This document shows positions 1 through 14,818 of a stretch of 64,000 nucleotides of DNA, one piece after another. The notes under the pieces are model-generated. The model ran no database searches. It was not told the DNA's origin and saw nothing but the letters and a program-made list of their open reading frames with translations. Within the stretch, counting starts at the first letter, position 1. Each line of letters begins with the position of its first letter. The DNA is from Escherichia coli (GTDB lineage: Bacteria > Pseudomonadota > Gammaproteobacteria > Enterobacterales > Enterobacteriaceae): assembly GCF_050320075.1 (NCBI RefSeq), contig NZ_CP190018.1, one strand, 5' to 3'. Both the position numbers and the translations under genes were made by a program.

Positions 1-1
1 G

Positions 2-448
2 CAATTAGGCTGGACGCCGCTTTATTATTTGAATCAGCATTTTGACCGTAAATTACTGATGAAAATATTCCGCTACTCTGACGTGGGCTTAGTGACGCCA
101 CTGCGTGACGGGATGAACCTGGTAGCAAAAGAGTATGTTGCCGCTCAGGACCCAGCCAACCCGGGCGTTCTTGTTCTTTCGCAATTTGCGGGAGCAGCAA
201 ACGAGTTAACGTCGGCGTTAATTGTTAATCCCTACGATCGTGACGAAGTTGCAGCTGCGCTGGATCGTGCCTTGACTATGTCGCTGGCGGAACGTATTTC
301 CCGTCATGCAGAGATGCTGGACGTTATCGTGAAAAACGATATTAACCACTGGCAGGAGTGCTTCATTAGCGACCTAAAGCAGATAGTTCCGCGAAGCGCG
401 GAAAGCCAGCAGCGCGATAAAGTTGCTACCTTTCCTAAGCTTGCGTAA
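2..448 (+). CDS. otsA: Trehalose-6-phosphate synthase OtsA, C-terminal part (gene begins upstream of window)
   Basis: Frame is open from the window edge. Translation ..QLGWTPLYYLNQHFDRKLLMKIFRYSDVGLVTPLRDGMNLVAKEY.. matches the remembered OtsA C-terminus. Confidence 0.9.
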   Translation, partial: QLGWTPLYYLNQHFDRKLLMKIFRYSDVGLVTPLRDGMNLVAKEYVAAQDPANPGVLVLSQFAGAANELTSALIVNPYDRDEVAAALDRALTMSLAERISRHAEMLDVIVKNDINHWQECFISDLKQIVPRSAESQQRDKVATFPKLA

Positions 449-454
449 GTGCGG

Positions 455-883
455 TTAATCTCCCGTAAGTGGAACTAACAGCACATCGACCTCACTTGAG
501 GCAATCACTCTTTTCGCCGAGCAGGATGCTCGCGAAAAGAAACTGTGATTGTGATTACCGCAAATCACCAAATCGAAATGATATTTGCGACAAACTTCCA
601 GAATATGTTCGCTTAACTCACCGTAGGCAATAAACGTCTTGTCAACGGGATACCCCGCATCCTGAATTAACTTATCAAGAAAGCTTTGCGTTTCTTCCTG
701 CATCACGCTGCGTAAATCTTCAAGCATCGGCGCAGCTAATTGATTGTACATTTCCGGGTCGGAAGCGAGAGTAATTAAACTGATGTGTCCCTTTACTGGC
801 CTGGCGATAGATACCGCTTTTGCCAGCAGTTGCTGACTTTCCGGTGTAACCGCAACGGCGACAAGAATATTGCTATAGCTCAT
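455..883 (-). CDS. uspC: Universal stress protein C
   Basis: 142-aa ORF MSYSNILVAVAVTPESQQLL.. with a Usp fold pattern, in the K-12 position between otsA and flhD. Confidence 0.9.
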   Translation of the reverse strand: MSYSNILVAVAVTPESQQLLAKAVSIARPVKGHISLITLASDPEMYNQLAAPMLEDLRSVMQEETQSFLDKLIQDAGYPVDKTFIAYGELSEHILEVCRKYHFDLVICGNHNHSFFSRASCSAKRVIASSEVDVLLVPLTGD

Positions 884-1663
884 AACCTGTTCCTTATTCT
901 GTGAACTTCAGGTGACATTAAAGCTTTACTCCTAATGGAGAAACGACGCAATCCCAACTCAGTCAAACAGGTAAATATTAGTCTGATTATTAGTAAAGAC
1001 AATTAATCAATCACTCTCGGTGATCATATGATTTCAACTGTAATTATAAGAAAATAATGTACTGATTCTCCATATTAAACAAGTGGTTAATATATGTAAA
1101 ACATTTTATTAACATTAAGTTGATTGTTGCCTTTCTTTGTATTTAATTAGTTTGTTGTGCGGTAAGTGTCTGTTTAAAAATAGCTTATCTGGTATTGCAT
1201 TAAAGCAATTATTTATAGCAGATGATTATTTACGGTGAGTTATTTTAACTGTGCGCAACATCCCATTTCGATTATTCCTGTTTCATTTTTGCTTGCTAGC
1301 GTCGCGAAAAACTTTTTAACAGATTGAAATACACCCAAAACAAAAGTATGACTTATACATTTATGTTAAGTAATTGAGCGTTTTGTGTGATCTGCATCAC
1401 ACATTATTGAAAATCGCAGCCCCCCTCCGTTGTATGTGAGTGTAGTGACGAGTAAAGTTGCGTCGATTTAGGAAAAATCTTAGATAAGTGTAAAGAACCC
1501 CTTCTATTTGTAAGGACTTATTAAATCCCAAAAAGGGGCTCTGCCTATTGCAGCTTATCGCAACTATTCTAATGCTAATTATTTTTTACCGGGGCTTCCC
1601 GGCGACATCACGGGGTGCGGTGAGACCGCATAAAAATAAAGTTGGTTATTCTGGGTGGGAATA
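884..1663 (+). promoter_or_regulatory. flhDC control region (promoter plus long leader); no IS element present
   Basis: 780-bp AT-rich non-coding stretch upstream of flhD with no transposase ORF. Known multi-regulator input region in E. coli. Confidence 0.7.
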
Positions 1664-2014
1664 ATGCATACCTCCGAGTTGCTGAAACACATTTATGACA
1701 TCAACTTGTCATATTTACTACTTGCACAGCGTCTGATTGTTCAGGACAAAGCGTCCGCAATGTTTCGTCTCGGCATAAATGAAGAAATGGCGACAACGTT
1801 AGCGGCACTGACTCTTCCGCAAATGGTTAAGCTGGCAGAAACCAATCAACTGGTTTGTCACTTTCGTTTTGACAGCCACCAGACGATTACTCAGTTGACG
1901 CAAGATTCCCGCGTTGACGATCTCCAGCAAATTCATACCGGCATCATGCTCTCAACACGCTTGCTGAATGATGTTAATCAGCCTGAAGAAGCGCTGCGCA
2001 AGAAAAGGGCCTGA
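1664..2014 (+). CDS. flhD: Flagellar master regulator subunit FlhD
   Basis: [24 protein letters not shown].. (116 aa). The ORF-track GTG at 1655 was trimmed to the ATG at 1664. Confidence 0.93.
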
Positions 2015-2016
2015 TC

Positions 2017-2595
2017 ATGAGTGAAAAAAGCATTGTTCAGGAAGCGCGGGATATTCAGCTGGCAATGGAATTGATCACCCTTGGCGCTCGTTTGCAGATG
2101 CTGGAAAGCGAAACACAGTTAAGTCGCGGACGCCTGATAAAACTCTATAAAGAACTGCGCGGAAGCCCACCGCCGAAAGGCATGCTGCCATTCTCAACCG
2201 ACTGGTTTATGACCTGGGAACAAAACGTTCATGCTTCGATGTTCTGTAACGCATGGCAGTTTTTACTGAAAACCGGTTTGTGTAATGGCGTCGATGCGGT
2301 GATCAAAGCCTACCGTTTATACCTTGAACAGTGCCCGCAAGCAGAAGACGGACCGCTGCTGGCATTAACCCGTGCCTGGACATTGGTGCGGTTTGTTGAA
2401 AGTAGATTACTGCAACTTTCCAGCTGCAACTGCTGCGGCGGCAATTTTATTACCCACGCTCACCAGCCTGTTGGCAGCTTTGCCTGCAGCTTATGTCAGC
2501 CGCCATCCCGGGCAGTAAAAAGACGTAAACTTTCCCAGAATCCTGCCGATATTATCCCACAACTGCTGGATGAACAGAGAGTACAGGCTGTTTAA
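2017..2595 (+). CDS. flhC: Flagellar master regulator subunit FlhC
   Basis: 192 aa, [27 protein letters not shown].. with a Cys4 zinc site (CNCC..CSLC). Confidence 0.95.
   Translation: MSEKSIVQEARDIQLAMELITLGARLQMLESETQLSRGRLIKLYKELRGSPPPKGMLPFSTDWFMTWEQNVHASMFCNAWQFLLKTGLCNGVDAVIKAYRLYLEQCPQAEDGPLLALTRAWTLVRFVESRLLQLSSCNCCGGNFITHAHQPVGSFACSLCQPPSRAVKRRKLSQNPADIIPQLLDEQRVQAV
2526..2552 (+). promoter_or_regulatory. Sigma-28 (FliA) promoter of the motAB-cheAW operon, inside the flhC 3' end
   Basis: TAAACTTT (2526-2533), 11 nt spacer, GCCGATAT (2545-2552). Consensus is TAAAGTTT-N11-GCCGATAA. Confidence 0.7.
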
Positions 2596-2620
2596 CTTAT
2601 ACGGTGTGGCGCAACATTCC

Positions 2621-2653
2621 AGCAGCGGTAACGACGTACCGCTGCTTTTTTTT
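2621..2653 (+). terminator. Intrinsic terminator after flhC
   Basis: AGCAGCGGTA (2621-2630) pairs with TACCGCTGCT (2637-2646), followed by a T8 run. Confidence 0.8.
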
Positions 2654-2721
2654 GCCCCAATCGCGCGTTAACGCCTGACGACTGAACATCCTGTCATGGT
2701 CAACAGTGGAAGGATGATGTC

Positions 2722-3605
2722 GTGCTTATCTTATTAGGTTACCTGGTTGTTCTCGGTACAGTTTTCGGCGGTTATTTGATGACCGGTGGAAGCCTTGGAG
2801 CACTCTATCAACCCGCTGAACTGGTGATTATTGCCGGTGCAGGGATTGGGTCGTTTATCGTCGGCAATAATGGCAAAGCGATTAAAGGCACGCTGAAGGC
2901 GCTGCCGTTGCTGTTTCGTCGCTCCAAATACACCAAAGCAATGTATATGGATCTGCTGGCTCTGCTTTATCGGTTGATGGCGAAATCGCGGCAGATGGGG
3001 ATGTTTTCGCTGGAACGTGATATTGAAAATCCCCGTGAGAGCGAGATCTTCGCCAGCTACCCACGCATCCTTGCGGATAGCGTCATGCTTGATTTTATCG
3101 TCGATTATCTGCGTCTGATTATCAGCGGTCACATGAACACCTTCGAAATCGAAGCCCTGATGGATGAAGAGATTGAGACGCACGAAAGCGAGGCAGAAGT
3201 CCCGGCGAACAGTCTGGCGCTGGTCGGGGACTCACTTCCGGCGTTTGGTATTGTCGCTGCTGTGATGGGGGTCGTTCACGCGTTAGGTTCAGCCGATCGT
3301 CCTGCCGCCGAGCTGGGGGCGCTTATCGCACATGCGATGGTGGGGACTTTCCTCGGTATTTTATTGGCTTACGGATTTATTTCCCCATTAGCGAGTGTTT
3401 TACGTCAGAAAAGCGCCGAAACCAGCAAAATGATGCAGTGCGTCAAAGTCACACTGCTTTCTAATCTGAACGGTTACGCACCGCCTATCGCCGTTGAGTT
3501 TGGTCGCAAAACGCTCTATTCCAGCGAACGTCCGTCGTTTATTGAACTGGAAGAGCATGTGCGTGCGGTGAAAAATCCGCAACAACAGACGACAACCGAG
3601 GAAGC

Positions 3606-3609
<4 letters not shown>
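2722..3609 (+). CDS. motA: Flagellar stator protein MotA
   Basis: 295 aa, GTG start, [23 protein letters not shown].. Confidence 0.95.
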
Positions 3610-6501
<2,892 letters not shown>

Positions 6502-6521
6502 ATGAGTAAAAAGGTAACAAT

Positions 6522-7025
6522 ATGACCGGTATGACGAATGTAACAAAGCTGGCCAGCGAGCCGTCAGGCCAGGAATTTCTGGTATTTACCCTTGGTGATG
6601 AAGAGTACGGTATTGATATCCTGAAAGTGCAGGAGATCCGTGGCTATGATCAGGTAACACGGATTGCGAACACGCCAGCGTTTATCAAAGGCGTCACGAA
6701 TCTGCGCGGTGTTATTGTGCCGATTGTGGACTTACGAATTAAGTTCAGCCAGGTGGATGTGGACTATAACGACAACACGGTAGTTATCGTCCTGAATCTC
6801 GGACAGCGGGTGGTCGGCATCGTGGTTGACGGCGTTGCAGACGTGCTTTCATTGACGGCGGAGCAAATTCGTCCGGCACCGGAATTTGCCGTGACGCTTT
6901 CAACAGAATATCTCACTGGACTGGGCGCACTGGGCGACCGGATGTTGATTCTGGTGAACATCGAAAAACTGCTGAACAGCGAAGAGATGGCGCTGTTAGA
7001 TAGCGCGGCGTCAGAAGTGGCGTAA
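6522..7025 (+). CDS. cheW: Chemotaxis coupling protein CheW
   Basis: 167 aa, [42 protein letters not shown].. Confidence 0.95.
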   Translation: MTGMTNVTKLASEPSGQEFLVFTLGDEEYGIDILKVQEIRGYDQVTRIANTPAFIKGVTNLRGVIVPIVDLRIKFSQVDVDYNDNTVVIVLNLGQRVVGIVVDGVADVLSLTAEQIRPAPEFAVTLSTEYLTGLGALGDRMLILVNIEKLLNSEEMALLDSAASEVA

Positions 7026-7051
7026 TTCTCCCGATTTCCTCAATTGCAATG

Positions 7052-7080
7052 AACCCGATGACCTGCGCATCGGGTTTTTT
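7052..7080 (+). terminator. Intrinsic terminator after cheW
   Basis: AACCCGATG (7052-7060) pairs with CATCGGGTT (7068-7076), followed by a T run. Confidence 0.8.
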
Positions 7081-7111
7081 ATTTCAGTTTCGCGGCGGGT
7101 GGCATCAGCAA

Positions 7112-7138
7112 TAAAGTTTCCCCCTTCCTTGCCGATAA
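7112..7138 (+). promoter_or_regulatory. Sigma-28 promoter of the tar-tap-cheRBYZ operon
   Basis: TAAAGTTT (7112-7119), 11 nt spacer, GCCGATAA (7131-7138). Exact match to consensus. Confidence 0.85.
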
Positions 7139-7169
7139 CGAGATCAACTTGTTTTCAGGAAGGTGCCTT

Positions 7170-8831
7170 ATGATTAACCGTATCCGCGTAGTCACGCTGT
7201 TGGTAATGGTGCTGGGGGTATTCGCACTGTTACAGCTTATTTCCGGCAGTCTGTTTTTTTCTTCCCTTCACCATAGCCAGAAGAGCTTTGTGGTTTCCAA
7301 TCAATTACGGGAACAGCAGGGCGAGCTGACGTCAACCTGGGATTTAATGCTGCAAACGCGCATTAACCTGAGTCGTTCAGCGGTGCGGATGATGATGGAT
7401 TCCTCCAATCAACAAAGTAACGCCAAAGTTGAATTGCTCGATAGCGCCAGGAAAACATTGGCCCAGGCAGCGACGCATTATAAAAAATTCAAAAGCATGG
7501 CACCGTTACCTGAAATGGTCGCTACCAGTCGTAATATTGATGAAAAATATAAAAACTATCACACAGCGTTAACTGAACTGATTGATTATCTTGATTATGG
7601 CAATACTGGAGCTTATTTCGCTCAGCCAACCCAGGGAATGCAAAATGCAATGGGCGAAGCGTTTGCTCAGTACGCCCTCAGCAGTGAAAAAATGTATCGC
7701 GATATCATCACTGACAACGCAGATGATTACCGATTTGCCCAATGGCAACTGGCGGTTATTGCGCTGGTGGTGGTATTGATTCTGCTGGTGGCGTGGTACG
7801 GCATTCGCCGTATGTTGCTTACACCGCTGGCAAAAATTATTGCTCACATTCGCGAAATCGCCAGTGGTAACCTGGCGAATACCCTGACCATTGACGGGCG
7901 CAGTGAAATGGGCGACCTGGCGCAGAGCGTTTCACATATGCAACGCTCTTTGACTGACACCGTCACTCATGTGCGTGAAGGTTCAGATGCCATCTATGCC
8001 GGTACCCGTGAAATTGCGGCAGGCAACACCGATCTTTCCTCCCGTACTGAACAGCAGGCATCTGCGCTGGAAGAAACTGCCGCCAGCATGGAGCAGCTCA
8101 CCGCGACAGTGAAGCAAAACGCCGATAACGCCCGCCAGGCCTCACAACTGGCGCAAAGTGCCTCTGACACTGCCCAGCACGGCGGCAAAGTAGTGGATGG
8201 CGTAGTGAAAACGATGCATGAGATCGCCGATAGTTCGAAGAAAATTGCCGACATTATCAGCGTTATCGATGGTATTGCCTTCCAGACTAATATCCTCGCG
8301 CTGAATGCCGCTGTTGAAGCAGCACGAGCGGGTGAACAAGGCCGTGGTTTTGCCGTGGTGGCGGGCGAAGTGCGTAATCTTGCCAGCCGCAGCGCCCAGG
8401 CGGCAAAAGAGATCAAAGCCCTCATTGAAGACTCCGTCTCGCGCGTTGATACCGGTTCGGTGCTGGTCGAAAGCGCCGGGGAAACAATGAACAATATCGT
8501 CAATGCTGTCACTCGCGTGACTGACATTATGGGCGAGATTGCATCGGCATCGGATGAACAGAGCCGTGGCATCGATCAAGTCGCATTGGCGGTTTCGGAA
8601 ATGGATCGCGTCACGCAACAGAACGCATCGCTGGTGCAGGAATCAGCTGCCGCCGCAGCTGCGCTGGAAGAACAGGCCAGTCGTTTAACGCAAGCGGTTT
8701 CCGCGTTTCGTCTGGCAGCCAGCCCACTCACCAATAAACCGCAAACACCATCCCGTCCTGCCAGTGAGCAACCACCGGCACAGCCACGACTGCGAATTGC
8801 TGAACAAGATCCAAACTGGGAAACATTTTGA
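7170..8831 (+). CDS. tar: Methyl-accepting chemotaxis protein II (aspartate/maltose receptor)
   Basis: 553 aa from [23 protein letters not shown].. and ending in the NWETF pentapeptide. Start trimmed from 7149. Confidence 0.94.
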   Translation: MINRIRVVTLLVMVLGVFALLQLISGSLFFSSLHHSQKSFVVSNQLREQQGELTSTWDLMLQTRINLSRSAVRMMMDSSNQQSNAKVELLDSARKTLAQAATHYKKFKSMAPLPEMVATSRNIDEKYKNYHTALTELIDYLDYGNTGAYFAQPTQGMQNAMGEAFAQYALSSEKMYRDIITDNADDYRFAQWQLAVIALVVVLILLVAWYGIRRMLLTPLAKIIAHIREIASGNLANTLTIDGRSEMGDLAQSVSHMQRSLTDTVTHVREGSDAIYAGTREIAAGNTDLSSRTEQQASALEETAASMEQLTATVKQNADNARQASQLAQSASDTAQHGGKVVDGVVKTMHEIADSSKKIADIISVIDGIAFQTNILALNAAVEAARAGEQGRGFAVVAGEVRNLASRSAQAAKEIKALIEDSVSRVDTGSVLVESAGETMNNIVNAVTRVTDIMGEIASASDEQSRGIDQVALAVSEMDRVTQQNASLVQESAAAAAALEEQASRLTQAVSAFRLAASPLTNKPQTPSRPASEQPPAQPRLRIAEQDPNWETF

Positions 8832-8876
8832 CGAGTATTTACTAACGCGGTCATTGCCGCCTGATGGGGAGCGTTG

Positions 8877-10478
8877 ATGTTTAATCGTATTCGAATTTCG
8901 ACCACGCTGTTTTTAATTTTGATTCTCTGCGGGATCTTGCAGATTGGCAGTAACGGCATGTCTTTTTGGGCATTTCGCGACGATTTGCAACGACTGAATC
9001 AGGTCGAACAGAGCAATCAGCAACGTGCGGCTTTAGCGCAAACTCGGGCGGTAATGTTACAGGCCAGTACCGCGCTGAACAAAGCGGGCACTCTGACGGC
9101 GCTTAGCTATCCGGCGGATGACATTAAAACGTTGATGACGACGGCGCGCGCCAGTCTGACGCAATCCACCACGCTGTTTAAAAGTTTTATGGCGATGACT
9201 GCGGGCAACGAGCACGTCAGGGCGTTGCAAAAAGAGACGGAGAAAAGTTTTGCCCGCTGGCACAACGATCTCGAACATCAGGCGACCTGGCTTGAAAGTA
9301 ATCAACTTTCGGATTTCCTCACTGCGCCGGTGCAGGAATCACAGAATGCGTTTGACGTTAACTTTGAGGCCTGGCAGCTGGAGATCAACCATGTGCTGGA
9401 AGCTGCCAGTGCGCAAAGCCAGCGTAACTATCACATTTCGGCGCTGGTGTTTATCAGCATGATTATTGTTGCAGCGCTCTACATCAGCAGTGCGCTGTGG
9501 TGGACGCGCAAGATGATTGTTCAACCACTGGCCATCATCGGTAGCCATTTTGACAGCATTGCTGCGGGTAATCTGGCGCGTCCGATTGCAGTGTATGGTC
9601 GCAATGAGATCACCGCCATTTTTGCCAGTCTGAAGACCATGCAGCAGGCTTTGCGTGGGACGGTAAGTGATGTGCGTAAGGGAAGCCAGGAGATGCACAT
9701 TGGTATCGCGGAGATTGTCGCAGGCAATAACGATCTCTCAAGTCGTACCGAACAGCAGGCGGCATCGCTGGCACAAACGGCCGCCAGTATGGAGCAATTA
9801 ACCGCCACGGTAGGGCAAAACGCCGATAACGCACGACAGGCGTCGGAACTGGCAAAAAATGCCGCGACAACGGCGCAGGCGGGCGGTGTTCAGGTCAGTA
9901 CCATGACTCACACCATGCAGGAGATCGCCACCAGCTCGCAAAAAATTGGCGACATTATCAGCGTTATCGACGGCATTGCTTTCCAGACCAATATTCTGGC
10001 CCTGAATGCGGCAGTGGAAGCGGCTCGCGCCGGAGAGCAGGGTCGTGGTTTTGCGGTAGTGGCAGGTGAAGTGCGCAATCTTGCCAGCCGTAGCGCCCAG
10101 GCAGCAAAAGAGATCAAAGGGCTGATCGAAGAGTCAGTCAATCGTGTCCAGCAGGGTTCGAAACTGGTGAATAACGCCGCCGCGACCATGACTGATATTG
10201 TCAGTTCGGTGACCCGCGTGAACGACATTATGGGAGAAATTGCTTCGGCCTCGGAAGAACAACGGCGGGGGATTGAGCAGGTTGCGCAGGCTGTCAGCCA
10301 GATGGATCAGGTGACACAGCAGAACGCCTCGCTGGTAGAAGAAGCGGCGGCGGCAACGGAACAACTGGCGAACCAGGCTGACCATCTTTCGTCGCGTGTG
10401 GCGGTATTTACCCTTGAAGAACATGAAGTAGCACGACATGAGTCGGCGCAGTTACATATTGCGCCAGTGGTATCCTGA
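8877..10478 (+). CDS. tap: Methyl-accepting chemotaxis protein IV (dipeptide receptor)
   Basis: 533 aa, MFNRIRISTTLFLILILCGILQIGSNG... Lacks the NWETF tail. Confidence 0.93.
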   Translation: MFNRIRISTTLFLILILCGILQIGSNGMSFWAFRDDLQRLNQVEQSNQQRAALAQTRAVMLQASTALNKAGTLTALSYPADDIKTLMTTARASLTQSTTLFKSFMAMTAGNEHVRALQKETEKSFARWHNDLEHQATWLESNQLSDFLTAPVQESQNAFDVNFEAWQLEINHVLEAASAQSQRNYHISALVFISMIIVAALYISSALWWTRKMIVQPLAIIGSHFDSIAAGNLARPIAVYGRNEITAIFASLKTMQQALRGTVSDVRKGSQEMHIGIAEIVAGNNDLSSRTEQQAASLAQTAASMEQLTATVGQNADNARQASELAKNAATTAQAGGVQVSTMTHTMQEIATSSQKIGDIISVIDGIAFQTNILALNAAVEAARAGEQGRGFAVVAGEVRNLASRSAQAAKEIKGLIEESVNRVQQGSKLVNNAAATMTDIVSSVTRVNDIMGEIASASEEQRRGIEQVAQAVSQMDQVTQQNASLVEEAAAATEQLANQADHLSSRVAVFTLEEHEVARHESAQLHIAPVVS

Positions 10479-10496
10479 AGTGATTGAGAAGGCGCT

Positions 10497-11357
10497 ATGA
10501 CTTCATCTCTGCCCTGTGGGCAAACGTCTTTATTGTTACAGATGACCGAGCGCCTGGCGCTTTCCGACGCGCATTTTCGGCGGATAAGTCAATTGATCTA
10601 TCAACGAGCCGGGATCGTCCTGGCCGACCATAAACGCGACATGGTTTACAACCGACTGGTTCGTCGTTTGCGTTCGCTGGGACTGACGGATTTCGGCCAT
10701 TACCTGAACTTGCTGGAATCTAATCAGCACAGCGGTGAGTGGCAGGCGTTTATCAATTCGCTGACCACGAATCTGACGGCATTTTTCCGTGAGGCGCATC
10801 ATTTTCCTCTGCTCGCGGATCACGCCCGGCGTCGTTCTGGCGAGTATCGCGTATGGAGCGCGGCGGCTTCGACCGGCGAAGAGCCGTACAGCATTGCGAT
10901 GACACTGGCTGACACATTGGGCACCGCGCCCGGACGCTGGAAAGTGTTTGCCAGCGACATTGACACCGAAGTGCTGGAAAAAGCCAGAAGCGGTATTTAT
11001 CGCCATGAAGAGTTGAAAAATCTGACGCCGCAGCAACTGCAGCGGTACTTCATGCGAGGGACGGGACCGCATCAAGGGCTGGTACGCGTGCGTCAGGAAT
11101 TGGCGAATTATGTTGATTTTGCCCCGCTGAATTTACTGGCGAAACAGTACACCGTGCCGGGGCCGTTTGATGCGATCTTCTGTCGTAACGTCATGATCTA
11201 CTTCGATCAAACTACCCAGCAGGAGATTTTGCGCCGCTTTGTTCCGCTCCTTAAACCCGACGGATTGCTGTTTGCGGGTCACTCTGAAAACTTTAGCCAC
11301 CTTGAGCGCCGCTTCACGCTGCGTGGTCAGACGGTGTATGCGCTAAGTAAGGATTAA
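10497..11357 (+). CDS. cheR: Chemotaxis methyltransferase CheR
   Basis: 286 aa, [30 protein letters not shown].. Confidence 0.95.
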
Positions 11358-11359
11358 CG

Positions 11360-12813
<1,454 letters not shown>

Positions 12814-12823
12814 GGATGCGACT

Positions 12824-13468
12824 ATGATGCAACCATCAATCAAACCTGCTGACGAGCATTCAGCTGGCGATATCATTGCGCGCATCGGCAGCCTGACGCG
12901 TATGCTGCGCGACAGTTTGCGGGAGCTGGGGCTGGATCAGGCCATTGCCGAAGCGGCGGAAGCCATCCCCGATGCGCGCGATCGTTTGTACTATGTTGTG
13001 CAGATGACCGCCCAGGCTGCGGAGCGGGCGCTGAACAGTGTTGAGGCGTCACAACCGCATCAGGATCAAATGGAGAAATCAGCAAAAGCGTTAACCCAAC
13101 GTTGGGATGACTGGTTTGCCGATCCGATTGACCTTGCCGACGCCCGAGAACTGGTAACAGATACGCGGCAATTTCTGGCAGATGTCCCCGCGCATACCAG
13201 CTTTACTAACGCGCAGCTGCTGGAAATCATGATGGCGCAGGATTTTCAGGATCTCACCGGACAGGTCATTAAGCGGATGATGGATGTCATTCAGGAGATC
13301 GAACGTCAGTTGCTGATGGTGCTGTTGGAAAACATCCCCGAACAGGAGTCGCGTCCAAAACGTGAAAACCAGAGTTTGCTTAATGGACCTCAGGTCGATA
13401 CCAGCAAAGCCGGTGTGGTAGCCAGTCAGGATCAGGTGGACGATTTGTTGGATAGTCTTGGATTTTGA
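12824..13468 (+). CDS. cheZ: CheY-P phosphatase CheZ
   Basis: 214 aa from [32 protein letters not shown]... Start trimmed from 12794. Confidence 0.93.
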
Positions 13469-13476
13469 TTTGTATT

Positions 13477-13541
13477 GCCTGATGTGGCGTGACTACGTCA
13501 TATCAGGCGGTCGTATAACGCGATGACGCCGCATCCGACAA
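13477..13541. repeat. REP-type extragenic palindromes
   Basis: GCCTGATG..CATATCAGGC and GATGACGCCGCATCCGACA motifs, typical of E. coli REP units. Confidence 0.55.
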
Positions 13542-13669
13542 ACGCATACTATGCTTGATGTGTGGCAGTAAAAGCCCTAAATCCCGCCTGTTTTGCCCCT
13601 TACTCAAACCATTGAACGCTTTGCGCTCTGGCATCATTTACGCTTAATACTCTTTCCAGGATTGGCGAC

Positions 13670-14818
13670 GTGTCTGACGAGAGCGACGACAAAACAGAAG
13701 CCCCCACACCTCACCGACTAGAAAAAGCGCGGGAAGAGGGGCAAATCCCGCGTTCCCGTGAACTGACTTCACTGCTGATTTTGTTAGTGGGCGTTAGTGT
13801 TATCTGGTTTGGCGGTGTGTCGCTGGCCCGTCGATTGTCGGGCATGCTCTCCGCTGGGCTGCATTTTGATCACAGTATTATCAATGACCCGAATCTGATC
13901 CTCGGGCAAATTATTCTGCTGATCAGAGAAGCCATGCTGGCGCTGCTGCCGCTGATTAGCGGCGTGGTGCTGGTGGCGCTCATTTCTCCGGTCATGCTGG
14001 GAGGGCTGGTATTTAGCGGAAAATCCTTGCAGCCGAAGTTTTCCAAACTCAACCCGCTACCGGGCATTAAACGGATATTCTCGGCTCAGACTGGCGCGGA
14101 GTTGCTTAAGGCAATTTTGAAAACCATCCTGGTTGGCAGCGTGACGGGATTTTTTCTCTGGCATCACTGGCCGCAGATGATGCGCTTAATGGCCGAGTCT
14201 CCGATTACCGCCATGGGTAATGCGATGGATCTGGTAGGGCTATGCGCGCTGCTGGTGGTACTTGGTGTTATTCCGATGGTGGGATTTGACGTCTTTTTCC
14301 AAATCTTCAGCCACCTGAAAAAGCTGCGAATGTCGCGGCAGGATATTCGTGATGAGTTCAAACAAAGCGAAGGCGACCCCCAAGTTAAAGGGCGGATCCG
14401 TCAGATGCAGCGAGCGGCCGCACGGCGTCGGATGATGGCCGATGTGCCGAAAGCGGACGTTATCGTCAATAACCCAACTCACTACTCAGTGGCTTTGCAG
14501 TACGACGAAAACAAAATGAGTGCGCCAAAAGTCGTTGCCAAGGGCGCGGGGCTGGTGGCATTACGCATTCGTGAAATTGGCGCTGAAAATAACGTCCCTA
14601 CGCTTGAAGCGCCGCCGCTGGCGCGAGCGCTGTATCGACATGCGGAGATCGGTCAACAAATCCCGGGTCAACTGTACGCCGCGGTGGCGGAAGTGCTGGC
14701 CTGGGTCTGGCAACTGAAACGCTGGCGTCTGGCTGGTGGACAGCGCCCTGTACAACCTACTCATCTTCCGGTGCCGGAAGCCCTGGATTTTATTAACGAG
14801 AAACCGACCCATGAGTAA
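13670..14818 (+). CDS. flhB: Flagellar export apparatus protein FlhB
   Basis: 382 aa, GTG start, MSDESDDKTEAPTPHRLEKAREEGQIPRSRE.. Confidence 0.95.
   Translation: MSDESDDKTEAPTPHRLEKAREEGQIPRSRELTSLLILLVGVSVIWFGGVSLARRLSGMLSAGLHFDHSIINDPNLILGQIILLIREAMLALLPLISGVVLVALISPVMLGGLVFSGKSLQPKFSKLNPLPGIKRIFSAQTGAELLKAILKTILVGSVTGFFLWHHWPQMMRLMAESPITAMGNAMDLVGLCALLVVLGVIPMVGFDVFFQIFSHLKKLRMSRQDIRDEFKQSEGDPQVKGRIRQMQRAAARRRMMADVPKADVIVNNPTHYSVALQYDENKMSAPKVVAKGAGLVALRIREIGAENNVPTLEAPPLARALYRHAEIGQQIPGQLYAAVAEVLAWVWQLKRWRLAGGQRPVQPTHLPVPEALDFINEKPTHE

Noticed and set aside
8230-8420. Near-identical DNA shared by tar (8230-8420) and tap (about 9945-10135)
   Set aside because: This is the known conservation of the MCP signalling hairpin between tandem paralogs. 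It is not a mobile repeat or a recent duplication.
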